A DNA stretch of 64,000 nucleotides from Candidatus Binatia bacterium. GTDB taxonomy: Bacteria > Desulfobacterota > Binatia > Bin18. The stretch is taken from the NCBI GenBank assembly GCA_050187625.1, contig JBFWXH010000020.1, positions 15,355-79,354 of the forward strand. Reading direction: 5' to 3'. Below, piece by piece: positions 54,430-63,721 of the stretch; within the stretch, counting starts at the first letter, position 1; every line of letters starts with the position of its first letter. A program made the position numbers and the translations under genes. A model generated the notes under the pieces. The model did no database searches. It was not told the origin of the DNA and saw only the letters and a program-made list of their open reading frames with translations.

Positions 54430-55416
54430 ATGAACAATATCAAATTCAGTCTCTTTTTACCCACAGGAGATTTTGCCAAAGCCCGAGCGGCGGCGGAATG
54501 GGCCGATACACACGGGTTCTATTCTGTCTCTATCAACGATCATTTTTTCTCGCCTCTCGGCGCGCCGCAAACACCACAGCTCGAGTGTTACGCGACGTTA
54601 AGCGCGATTGCAGCCATCACCAAGAACGTCCGCCTCGCACCAGCAGTGACAGCGATGTCGTTTCGTTCGCCAGCCATGCTGGCCAAAATGACGGCGACAC
54701 TTGATCACATCAGCAACGGGCGATTCATCTTCGGTGTCGGCTCCGGCTGGCAACGCTCCGAATATGACGCGCATGGCTATCCCTATCCCTCGAATGTGGA
54801 GCGTCTCGATCAACTGCAGGACGCACTCAGGTTGATCAAAGCGATGTGGACCCAGGAGGAGCCCACGTATCACGGACGTTACTTCTCGGTCGACAAGGCC
54901 TACAATTACCCCCGTCCGGTACAAAAACCCCATCCGCCAATTATGGTCGGCGGTGCAGGAAAGAAGCTCTTACAGATTGTTGCAGCGGAAGCACAGATCG
55001 CGAATCTCATCCCACCGATTGTCAACGGCAAAGACTTTGTCCAAGACCCGCAGGCGGCAGTGCGTTTCGATAAAGCTGAACTCAAGCGGCGGATCAACAT
55101 GCTGCACGATTTTGTGGCCAAGGCTGGCCGCGCTCCAGGGTCGGTGGAAGCGAGTGGCATTGCGATGGTCAATATCCTGCGCAGCAAGAGCGAAGCAGAT
55201 GCTGCGGTAAAAGCGACGGCGGCGGCGATGGGTTTTCCCAGTGAGGAAGCGATGCGCAATGCGCCAGTAGCGCTGATTGGGACGCCAGAGGAAGTGCGAC
55301 GAGAACTGCGGTCACGGATCGAAGAATTCGGCATGACCTATTTTGTAGTGTTTCCGCGGTCGGATGAGGCACGCGATCTGCTCGCAAAAGAAATTATGCC
55401 GGAATTTACCACCTAA
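54430..55416 (+). CDS. LLM-class oxidoreductase, F420-dependent-like subfamily
   Basis: KFSLFLPTG...HGFYSVSINDHFF...LDHISNGRFIFGVGSGW...KPHPPIMVGGAG. Confidence 0.7.
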   Translation: MNNIKFSLFLPTGDFAKARAAAEWADTHGFYSVSINDHFFSPLGAPQTPQLECYATLSAIAAITKNVRLAPAVTAMSFRSPAMLAKMTATLDHISNGRFIFGVGSGWQRSEYDAHGYPYPSNVERLDQLQDALRLIKAMWTQEEPTYHGRYFSVDKAYNYPRPVQKPHPPIMVGGAGKKLLQIVAAEAQIANLIPPIVNGKDFVQDPQAAVRFDKAELKRRINMLHDFVAKAGRAPGSVEASGIAMVNILRSKSEADAAVKATAAAMGFPSEEAMRNAPVALIGTPEEVRRELRSRIEEFGMTYFVVFPRSDEARDLLAKEIMPEFTT

Positions 55417-55468
55417 AATGGCGGGGATGGATATTGTAGGGTATTGGAGCTGAGAAGAAACGACCCGG

Positions 55469-55573
55469 GGTTCCTTCTCCCTGAGGGAGAAGGACAGGAT
55501 GAGGGGAAAAGAGAGACATGGAGATCCTTATTTGATTCCCTCACCCTGGCCCTCTCCCGGCGGGAGAGGGAAT
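55469..55573 (-). repeat. R3 MITE-like element, inverted copy
   Basis: ggttccttctccctgagggagaagg...gatgaggggaaaag...ccctcaccctggccctctcccggcgggagagggaatt. Confidence 0.6.
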
Positions 55574-55633
55574 TTCTGCCAGGTAACTGGCTCGGGAAAC
55601 CACAGATGATGACCACCTAAGGAGGGCACTACT

Positions 55634-56179
55634 ATGAGTCGTTTATTCGGCGAGATGCGGCAGATTGCCTTTGTCGTCCGTGACCTTGACCAGGCACTTC
55701 GTTACTGGACTGAAACGCTTGGGGTTGGTCCATTCTTTCTGTTTCGCAAGTTCATTCCGGACAATTATCGCTATCGGGGGGAGCCCGCACCAGCTCCCCA
55801 TCTCACGCTGGCGCTCGGCTTTTCCGGTGGGGTTCAGGTCGAATTGATCCAACAACACGATGATCATCCCAGCGCCTACCGCGATTTCCTGCTGTCTGGT
55901 CGCGAAGGCTGTCAGCATGTCTCGTCGTGGGTGACACCGACAGAATATGATCAGACTATGGCCGCCGCGCGCGCACGGGGCGTAACCGTCGCACACGAGG
56001 GAGTGGTTCCTGGCAGCAGTATTCGTTTTGTGTACTTTGCCACGGACACCAGCCCCGGAGGACTCCTATATGAGATGGCCGATCTCAAAGAGTCACCGCT
56101 TTACGACGTCATGATGCGTATTCAGGAAACGGCTCGCACCTGGGATGGTACCGACCCGGTTCGAGAGCTTTCCTTCTAA
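55634..56179 (+). CDS. VOC family protein
   Basis: MRQIAFVVRDLDQALRYWTETLGVGPFF. Confidence 0.7.
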   Translation: MSRLFGEMRQIAFVVRDLDQALRYWTETLGVGPFFLFRKFIPDNYRYRGEPAPAPHLTLALGFSGGVQVELIQQHDDHPSAYRDFLLSGREGCQHVSSWVTPTEYDQTMAAARARGVTVAHEGVVPGSSIRFVYFATDTSPGGLLYEMADLKESPLYDVMMRIQETARTWDGTDPVRELSF

Positions 56180-56202
56180 GAAACCGCGGCTCCAAAAAAA
56201 CG

Positions 56203-58296
56203 ATGCCGGCCGGTCGGCTATCTTCCTGGAGGTGTCTCGGGGGTGGGTTGTGGCTGTTGTCCATACTTGCGATTCCTAGAGTCTGGGCACAGACGTTACC
56301 GCCCCCCGCTATCCATCGCTTACCAGAGATGACGATCACCGCGACCCGCGAGGAGCGTTCCTTATCAGAGGTGTCACAAGCTGTATCAACGGTGGAAGCG
56401 GAAGAGATTGCCCGGCAAACTCCTGGCGTCCTCCCAGATCTTCTTCGTGGTGCGACTGGCGTTTTCGTCCAGCAAACAACGCCAGGGCAGGCCGCGCCGA
56501 TTATTCGCGGGCTCATCGGCAGCTCGGTGTTGATGTTAGTAGACGGGATGCGGCTCAATTCTGCCTTCTTTCGCCCTGCGCCAAATCAATACTTTGCGTT
56601 AGTTGACCCTTATGCCGTTGAACGCATTGAAGTGGTGCGTGGCCCAGGGTCAACGTTATACGGCAGCGACGCGATGGGCGGCGTAGTTCAGGTCTTCACT
56701 CCTGTTCCCCGCTTCACGACGACCCAGTGGCAATGGCAGGGTCGCTGGCTTGGGCAGTTTGGCAGTGCTGACGTTTCACAAGTCTCACGTTTCTCACTTC
56801 GTGGTGGCAAAAAAGGTGTCGCGCTCAGCAGCGGATTTACCTATCAAAATCATGATGACGTGCGCGATGGCGGTCGCCTGGGAAAACAACACCCGTCAGC
56901 CTTCGCTGTGTATGCTGCCGATGGCAAGGTGTTCCTGGAAGATGACTGTCAGGACCTTTTGCTCAATCTGCAATACGTCCGGCAACCGAAGACTCCCCGA
57001 TTCGATGAACTGACACCGGGGTTTGGCCAGTCCCAGCCGTCATCGGTGGTGTTCTACTTCGAGCCCAATGATCGGCTCTTTGTGCATGGGCGGTATCGTT
57101 GGCGGAGGCCCGTCTTTTTTCTCGACACCGTGCAACTCAATGTCGCTTTTCAAGAGATCAAGGATGACCGCCGGTCCCGCGATTTTGCCAGCGTCCAAGA
57201 GGACCGCGAACGCAATCGCAGTCGCTGGATCGGAGCGACGTTTCAACTGTCCTCCCATTGGCGTGACTGGATGCTGTTCACCTACGGGGGCGAGATCTAC
57301 CTCGATGACGTCGCGAGTTGGCGACGCCGCCGTGACGTAGTGACCGGGCAAATCTCGCGTCCGGTCAGCCGCTTTGCTGATGGCGCAACGATGGACAGCT
57401 TTGCGGTGTACGCGCAAGACGAGATCTTCTTTCACCCACGCTTCACGACGATTCTCGGCGGGCGGGTAAGCTACTTCGATATCGCCATTCCGAAGGCTGG
57501 CCGTACCGTTGGTACGAGCTTACACGTCAGCGATATCACGGGAAGTGTTGGCCTTGTGTACCGTGTAACGCCAGAACTCTCGCTGGTCGCCAATGGTGGG
57601 CGCGGATTTCGCGCGCCGAACATCTTTGATCTCTCGACGTTGGGGCCACGCCCAGGAAACCGCTTCCAAACCCCCAACACACAGTTACGCCCAGAAGAGA
57701 TTCTCTCGTTTGATGTTGGCGTGAAAATGGCTTTTGCCAGGTTTACCGGCGAGGTCTTCGGATTTTACTCTTCGTATGATGACAAGATTGAAGCTGCGCC
57801 GACCGGAGCCTTAACAGACGCAGGACGTACGATTGTTCAGAGTGCGAATCTGAATAGCGTTACCCTGGTTGGGGCCGAGGCAGGCGGACGATGGAGAGTG
57901 AGAAAGGGAGTAGAAGTGTTTAGCAGTTTTACCTTTACGTGGGGGGAAGAGAAATTTCGCGATGGGCAGAAAACCCCGGCGGATCGTATTCCACCAGCGA
58001 ATGGTCGGCTCGGGGCGCTTGCGCAGCTTACTCCCCGTTTGTGGCTCGAGCCGTTTCTCGAATACGCCTTTTCTCAGCAGCGTCTAAGCGCACGTGACCG
58101 CACTGATCCCCGGATTAATCCACACGGAACCCCAGGATGGATGGCCGTTGCGTTTCGCATGGGATGGGAAGTGCAGAAAGATATTGTGGCGCGTCTGAGT
58201 ATCGAGAATCTCTTCGACAAGGCATATCGTCAGCACGGCTCAGGTATTAACGCGCCTGGGGTCAACGCCATCGTGACGCTTGAGGCGCAGTTCTGA
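56203..58296 (+). CDS. TonB-dependent outer-membrane receptor
   Basis: Signal peptide ...LSILAIPRVWAQ. Plug domain ITATREERSL...VDGMRLN...IEVVRGPGSTLYGSDAMGGVV. C-terminal IVTLEAQF ends in Phe. Confidence 0.85.
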   Translation: MPAGRLSSWRCLGGGLWLLSILAIPRVWAQTLPPPAIHRLPEMTITATREERSLSEVSQAVSTVEAEEIARQTPGVLPDLLRGATGVFVQQTTPGQAAPIIRGLIGSSVLMLVDGMRLNSAFFRPAPNQYFALVDPYAVERIEVVRGPGSTLYGSDAMGGVVQVFTPVPRFTTTQWQWQGRWLGQFGSADVSQVSRFSLRGGKKGVALSSGFTYQNHDDVRDGGRLGKQHPSAFAVYAADGKVFLEDDCQDLLLNLQYVRQPKTPRFDELTPGFGQSQPSSVVFYFEPNDRLFVHGRYRWRRPVFFLDTVQLNVAFQEIKDDRRSRDFASVQEDRERNRSRWIGATFQLSSHWRDWMLFTYGGEIYLDDVASWRRRRDVVTGQISRPVSRFADGATMDSFAVYAQDEIFFHPRFTTILGGRVSYFDIAIPKAGRTVGTSLHVSDITGSVGLVYRVTPELSLVANGGRGFRAPNIFDLSTLGPRPGNRFQTPNTQLRPEEILSFDVGVKMAFARFTGEVFGFYSSYDDKIEAAPTGALTDAGRTIVQSANLNSVTLVGAEAGGRWRVRKGVEVFSSFTFTWGEEKFRDGQKTPADRIPPANGRLGALAQLTPRLWLEPFLEYAFSQQRLSARDRTDPRINPHGTPGWMAVAFRMGWEVQKDIVARLSIENLFDKAYRQHGSGINAPGVNAIVTLEAQF

Positions 58297-58369
58297 CCTC
58301 TCTCTTGCCCTGTTGTCGCCATCGCCAGACAAGACTCAAGAATGGCGATGGCGCTCTGTCTTTCGTGCC

Positions 58370-59488
58370 TTACGCGGCGATATATTGACGGGCGTCAAAC
58401 TCTGCCGGGTCCTTCAGCGGCTCGGTTTGCCACTTCTTCACCTCGGGCAGCACTTTCTTGGCGAACAGGTTGAGATTACGCTCGGCTTCGTCGTACGGCA
58501 TACCAGCATAGCTGAAGTTCAGCATGAAGCCATTGGCGTCGATCATGTCACGGATCGTCGCCAACTTTTCGAGCACCTGATCTGGGGTTCCCCAAGGCAT
58601 GAGTTTCGCGAAATCCATGGCTGCCGTGTCGACCCCATGTTTACCGATATACTTGGTAATCATTCGGTACGACTCATAGCTCTTATGGGTGCCGAAGTGT
58701 TCCGCCGTCATCTCATAGTGCTTGACGACCGTGCGGTACTGGGCCGCTAACCATTTCATCGCCATCTCTTCCGCGCGATCTTTATTCTCGTCGACGAACA
58801 CGAATCCACCACTCAGTGGTTTCGGGGCTGGGGTGTTGCCATGATATTGCTTCCAGGCCTCGTGATACACTTCGAAATCTTTTTTCACCGCATCCCACGG
58901 CTTCTGCGGAATGACTAAAAGGCCAACGCCGAGCTTCGCCATGATCGGGGAGGAATCTGGAGAAACCGCGGCTGCATACGAGCGTCCCCGGAAGGACTTG
59001 AACGGAAACGGACGAATTTCGCGCCGCGGCTGTTTGGTATGGAGACCACCTTCCATGTACCCTTTCTCTAAGGCTTCGAGGATTAACTCCGCGTACTCAA
59101 CAAAGTGATTGCGACCTTCGTTCTGATCGAGGCGAAATCCTTCATACTCGATCCGCGCAAGTCCACGACCAATACCCAAAATAAAACGACCATTTGACAC
59201 ATGGTCGAGCATCGATACTTGCTCGGCTACGCGAATCGGATCATGCCACGGCAACACAATCACCATGGAGCCGAGCTTGGCCTGTTTGGTGCGTCCCGCC
59301 ATATAGGTCAGAAACTGTACTGGATCGGGGCACATCGTGTAGTCGTCAAAGTGATGTTCAATGGCCCATACGGAATCGAACCCGAGTGGTTCAGCCATCT
59401 CCGCGAGGCGAATCTCGTTGCGCCACACTTCACGGTCGGTCAACTGGTTATTAGGATTTTGAAAAACTGATCCATACCCTACGTGCAT
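58370..59488 (-). CDS. LLM-class flavin monooxygenase, LuxA/alkanal-monooxygenase-like (372 aa)
   Basis: GFDSVWAIEHHFDDYTMCPDPVQFLTYMAGRTKQAKLGSMVIVLPW. Paralogue of 37546-38676. Confidence 0.8.
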   Translation of the reverse strand: MHVGYGSVFQNPNNQLTDREVWRNEIRLAEMAEPLGFDSVWAIEHHFDDYTMCPDPVQFLTYMAGRTKQAKLGSMVIVLPWHDPIRVAEQVSMLDHVSNGRFILGIGRGLARIEYEGFRLDQNEGRNHFVEYAELILEALEKGYMEGGLHTKQPRREIRPFPFKSFRGRSYAAAVSPDSSPIMAKLGVGLLVIPQKPWDAVKKDFEVYHEAWKQYHGNTPAPKPLSGGFVFVDENKDRAEEMAMKWLAAQYRTVVKHYEMTAEHFGTHKSYESYRMITKYIGKHGVDTAAMDFAKLMPWGTPDQVLEKLATIRDMIDANGFMLNFSYAGMPYDEAERNLNLFAKKVLPEVKKWQTEPLKDPAEFDARQYIAA

Positions 59489-59671
59489 AGCATCCTCCTT
59501 GTTTGCTGTCGGCGGTCACGCGCCGTTGTTCATTGGTGTTTAGTCTGGACTATCGCGAAAACGATCATATAGCAAGGGAAAGCCGAGGATGTTGCAGATC
59601 GTCGTATCTTCACGGATAACGAATGACATTTGCGCACGCGCTGCCGACAGTCATAGATAAGGAGACCACAG

Positions 59672-60901
59672 ATGCCAATGAAGCTCACCGAGCGTCAACA
59701 ACGTTTCATTGCCATGGCCGCCACCCATGCTGATGATTTCAAAACCCGCGTGACCCAGCACGATCAAGAGAGCAGTTTCCCACATGAGAATGTTGATGCC
59801 ATGAAAGCATCCGGCTATACCGCGCTTATTGTTCCAGAAGAACTGGGGGGCGGCGGTGCGACCCCCTTAGATATTGCCCTCGCGCAGGAACGCTTAGCCT
59901 ATGGGGATCTGCCCATGGCCATTGCTGTCAATATGCACCATATAGCGGTGTCGATTGTTGCTGATCTCTGGCGGCTCAATCAGAAAGGCAAAGGCCAGAA
60001 GCTGGACGCTCTTGAATCTTTGCTTACGGCAGTGGTCAAGGACAAGATTATCTTTGGCGGGCCGGTCAGTGATCCCAAGATGAATAGTTCGCTCGGTTTT
60101 GCCGGAGTGAATGATACAACCCGACAGGCCAAGAAAGTCGATGGCGGGTATATCATTACTGGTCGCAGCGGGTTTGGTACCATGTCGGCCTGTGCGGATT
60201 ATTTGTTGACGACCGCTCGCTATGACGACCCGGAAAAGGGTCCACAGTGCCTGCTGTGTTTCCTCCCCTCCAACACGAAGGGGGTCGAGATTCAAAACAA
60301 CTGGGATACCATGAGCATCCGTTCCTCGTGCAGTAACGATGTCGTGTGGGACAATGTGTTTGTCTCCGAAGATGCCGCTGTCCCGCGACCTGTCCAAACC
60401 TGGGATGCTCTAGCCGATATCACCTCGTCATGGTGGGTCGCCTCAGGACCGGCGTGTTACATTGGTCTCGCGCAGGCTGCTCGGGACTATGCAGTGAACT
60501 GGGTCTCCGAGCGTACCCAAGAGCCCTTTGCTCAACCGATGACGTACTACCCAGGTAACCAACTGCTGCTCGCAGACATGGAAATCGGTATACGCTCCGC
60601 GCGGGCGATGCTTCATCAAACCATTGCCGCGCATACTGACATCGTCATACGCAGTCGGGACGATCTCGTGAACTTGATCTCCTGTTTCCAATTTGTCATG
60701 GAGAGCTGTGTACAGGTAGTTGATAAAGCCATGCGTATGGTCGGCGGGGCAGCGTTATTCAAAAAGAATCCTTTAGAGCAGATGTACCGTGATGTGCGTG
60801 CGGCCATTATTCATCAACCCTTTGCCGGTCTTGAAGGCAAAGCGCTCCTTGGTCGCCGGGCATTCGGTTTACCAGTGTATGGGATGCCACGCTTCGTATA
60901 A
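59672..60901 (+). CDS. Acyl-CoA dehydrogenase family protein
   Basis: AAGGAGA RBS. ENVDAMKASGYTALIVPEELGGGG..PLDIALAQERLA and length (409 aa) fit the ACAD fold. Confidence 0.75.
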   Translation: MPMKLTERQQRFIAMAATHADDFKTRVTQHDQESSFPHENVDAMKASGYTALIVPEELGGGGATPLDIALAQERLAYGDLPMAIAVNMHHIAVSIVADLWRLNQKGKGQKLDALESLLTAVVKDKIIFGGPVSDPKMNSSLGFAGVNDTTRQAKKVDGGYIITGRSGFGTMSACADYLLTTARYDDPEKGPQCLLCFLPSNTKGVEIQNNWDTMSIRSSCSNDVVWDNVFVSEDAAVPRPVQTWDALADITSSWWVASGPACYIGLAQAARDYAVNWVSERTQEPFAQPMTYYPGNQLLLADMEIGIRSARAMLHQTIAAHTDIVIRSRDDLVNLISCFQFVMESCVQVVDKAMRMVGGAALFKKNPLEQMYRDVRAAIIHQPFAGLEGKALLGRRAFGLPVYGMPRFV

Positions 60902-60947
60902 AAGTTGCTCACAACCAAGGATGAGTGTTTTGCAAAGGAGGGAGAAC

Positions 60948-62093
60948 ATGAGAACGTTTCTGCAATATATGGGATGTCTGATTACTGCGCTGGCCGGGGT
61001 GAGTTTGCTGAACACGCCAGCGCTTGCTGAGGAGGAAGTCAAAGGATTACTGGATCGTTTAATGGCTGCCCCTACCGTCAAAGCCGAGGAAGGTTTTCGT
61101 GCCGAGATGCTGATTCCTCCTGGTGAGTTCTATGACCCCCTCTGGCTCCACGCACAAGGCGATGCGGTCTGGCTCAACGATGATGGTGGCGAGGAAGGCG
61201 AAAAAGGCAGCCGTCTCGTTTCGATTAGCAAAGCAGGGAAAATCTCGGAGCTAGTAGGCCTTGGACGCCTGCTGCCGGTCACAGGCTATGGGGTGGCACC
61301 AGAGAGTTTCGGTGAATTTGCCGGTCATATTTATTCTATTGCCCAGGCGAAAGTGGCAGCCCCAGGAGCAACCGCAAATCATGTAATTCAGCGGGTTGAC
61401 CCTCAATCCAAGGATGTGGCGACGGTGGTCTGCACCCTCACGGAAGCGGGAAACATCAATAAGGGCGTGAGTGGGTTTGGGGTTGATGCCCGGTTCGGCC
61501 CGGCTGGCAGTCCGTTTGCCGATCGCTTTTTTGCGGCCACGGCGTTTAATAACACCATCTATCAGGTGAAAGCGGACAACACCTGCTCGCCATTTGTGAC
61601 CTTTGATGGCGCAGTGACTGGCGCACCCATGGGCATTGCCTTCTCCCCGGATGGCAAATCCATGCTGGTCACGCTCAAAAAAGGTGGCATCCTCGAACCC
61701 CCAACCCCCGGCAGTGGTATGGTCGTGCGGGTCTCGCCAGACGGCAAGGTTGATGAGAAACCGGTCGTGCAGGGGCTTTCTCAGCCTATGGGAATTATGG
61801 TGGCGCCGGCGAATTTTGGCGCTTATGGCGGACAAATCTTTGTGGCAGATGGTCAAGATATCCAAGCGCCCGTACCAATGACTCAAGCACTGAATGCCGA
61901 TGGCAAAGTCTATCGTGTGGGCGACGACGGCAAACCCCAGTTAGTGGCCAGCGGCTTCTTCAATCCGGTTGGTATGTTGGTTGTTAATGGAGCACTGTGG
62001 GTAACCGACATCAACGGAGATTTCATTGCCGGGAAGCGTGAGTTACCGGATGGTTTTATTGTCAAGCTGACTCCCACCACCACCAGTAAATAG
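60948..62093 (+). CDS. Secreted hypothetical protein, probably beta-propeller fold
   Basis: ATG 60948 follows AAAGGAGGGAGA. Signal peptide LITALAGVSLLNTPALAEE. Repeated short beta-strand/Gly-Asp-Gly patterns. Function not recognised. Confidence 0.5.
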   Translation: MRTFLQYMGCLITALAGVSLLNTPALAEEEVKGLLDRLMAAPTVKAEEGFRAEMLIPPGEFYDPLWLHAQGDAVWLNDDGGEEGEKGSRLVSISKAGKISELVGLGRLLPVTGYGVAPESFGEFAGHIYSIAQAKVAAPGATANHVIQRVDPQSKDVATVVCTLTEAGNINKGVSGFGVDARFGPAGSPFADRFFAATAFNNTIYQVKADNTCSPFVTFDGAVTGAPMGIAFSPDGKSMLVTLKKGGILEPPTPGSGMVVRVSPDGKVDEKPVVQGLSQPMGIMVAPANFGAYGGQIFVADGQDIQAPVPMTQALNADGKVYRVGDDGKPQLVASGFFNPVGMLVVNGALWVTDINGDFIAGKRELPDGFIVKLTPTTTSK

Positions 62094-62127
62094 AGTAGTC
62101 GCCACGAGGCGTGGGTGATCCCAGTGA

Positions 62128-62553
62128 TTACACCCGCGCCGACGCTTGATGAATTTTGTACTCGCCGCGCTGACCAATCACGATGCGCACCGGCATACCG
62201 ATCTTAACCGCAGACACGTCAATATCGATCACATTAGTAGTGATCTCCGGACCTTCTTCTAAAGTCACGACGGCGACGACGTAAGGAGTTCGCTCCTTGA
62301 AATAGGGGTGATACGGTTTGTCAAAAACCACAAAGGCACGAACCGTTCCTCGGCCCGAAGCAGGTACCCATGTCAGTGCCTGCACATCAGCACCGCAGCG
62401 CAAGCACGCCTGTGAGCGCGAGTAGTAGGCACCACACGAACAGCGCGCCAGCACAAAGTTGCCCGCATCAATAGCTTCCCAGAATGGTTGGTCTTCGACC
62501 GCAGCCACACGACTCGGGGGCGCAGGCGAGACCTGAGTTTCTGTACCGCTCAT
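62128..62553 (-). CDS. DUF35 Zn-ribbon / OB-fold protein
   Basis: Rubredoxin-like C-x-C...C-x-x-C (RCSCGAYYSRSQACLRCG) followed by an OB-fold segment. 19-nt gap to the thiolase-like gene. Confidence 0.8.
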   Translation of the reverse strand: MSGTETQVSPAPPSRVAAVEDQPFWEAIDAGNFVLARCSCGAYYSRSQACLRCGADVQALTWVPASGRGTVRAFVVFDKPYHPYFKERTPYVVAVVTLEEGPEITTNVIDIDVSAVKIGMPVRIVIGQRGEYKIHQASARV

Positions 62554-62572
62554 TTTTTATTCCTCGTACGAT

Positions 62573-63712
62573 TTACTCGACGCCAAGGATTACCGCTGAC
62601 TGCGCTAATCCTGCCCCAGTGATACCGACATTCGTGACAAGAGCTGTGCGAGCACCGGGCACTTGCGTTGGCCCTCCCTCACCTCGGAGTTGCCGAATAC
62701 CTTCGGCCAGATGCGTGAACCCTTGCACATAGGCCCAGGAATGAAGTGTCCCGGAGGTATTACAGGGACGTTTGGAGTGCCAGCGCAGGTTCCCCGCACG
62801 CACCCAATCCCCAGCCTCTCCGCGTCCGCATAGTCCGTACGCTTCGAGCTGGAGCGCAATCATAATGGTGAACGCATCGTAGAACTGAAACACGTTGATG
62901 TCTTCGATCCCCAGGCCTGCCGTCCCAAAGGCACGGCTCCGTGCCGGTTCAACCTCAAGTTCCGCTGGTCCCAGGATTGTATTCGAGCCTCGGGTGTAGC
63001 CTTGGCCGACCTCATGACAGGTCCCCAAGCCCAGCAGATTCACCGGTGTGGTTTTCAGGTCACGCGCCCGCTCTGCGGTCGTCACAATAAACGCGATCGC
63101 CCCATCGGTCACCAGACAGTAGTCGAGCAGATGTAAAGGCCTGACGATAAAGGATGAATTCTGATGATCGTCCACTGTGATCGGCCGGTTGTACATGTAG
63201 GCATCGCTACGTGGGACCGCGTTGGAGCGCAGGGCAACTGCAATCTCAGCCAGATCAGCAGAAGAGGTGTTGTACTTGTGCATGTAGCCGCGAGCCATCA
63301 ACGCGGCTTGCGCACCCGGAGAGAACAGGCCATAGATCGCGTACTGGTTCTTCTCACCAGCCCCAACCGTGACCGTTTGCGAGCGGGCATTGGTGGCATG
63401 CACGCACACGACGTAGTCTGCTGTCCCGGCGGCGAGCATACCGATCGCGGTAATCAGGGTAAAAATCCCGGTTGCCCCGCTGGAATCGACTTGCAAGGTT
63501 GATTGCGCACCAAGTGCCGCGCGACTCGCCGCCATTCCGGAGGTACGTTCACCGAACCCCGGCTGGTAGATGTACCCGTCCACTTGGTTACGTTTCAGCC
63601 CAGCATCGCGCAAGGCCAGTTCAACCGCGTCCCAGGCGAGCTTTTCTGCGCTGGTTCCGGGAATGATGCCCTGCAGCGTAACGCCTAACCCAGCGATGGC
63701 ATATTTTTGCAT
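62573..63712 (-). CDS. Thiolase-like protein, SCP-x / DUF35-partner type
   Basis: MQKYAIAGLGVT..., 379 aa, immediately upstream of DUF35 as in known thiolase-DUF35 pairs. Confidence 0.8.
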   Translation of the reverse strand: MQKYAIAGLGVTLQGIIPGTSAEKLAWDAVELALRDAGLKRNQVDGYIYQPGFGERTSGMAASRAALGAQSTLQVDSSGATGIFTLITAIGMLAAGTADYVVCVHATNARSQTVTVGAGEKNQYAIYGLFSPGAQAALMARGYMHKYNTSSADLAEIAVALRSNAVPRSDAYMYNRPITVDDHQNSSFIVRPLHLLDYCLVTDGAIAFIVTTAERARDLKTTPVNLLGLGTCHEVGQGYTRGSNTILGPAELEVEPARSRAFGTAGLGIEDINVFQFYDAFTIMIALQLEAYGLCGRGEAGDWVRAGNLRWHSKRPCNTSGTLHSWAYVQGFTHLAEGIRQLRGEGGPTQVPGARTALVTNVGITGAGLAQSAVILGVE

Positions 63713-63721
63713 GGTATGGCT

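Noticed and set aside
59503-59653. Inverted 9/10 match (ctgtcggcgg / ctgccgacag) flanking the divergent LLM/ACAD promoter region, considered as paired operators
   Set aside because: My rough estimate is about 2 such 9/10 matches by chance in a 180-bp spacer when both orientations are considered. The flanks do not extend the match convincingly.
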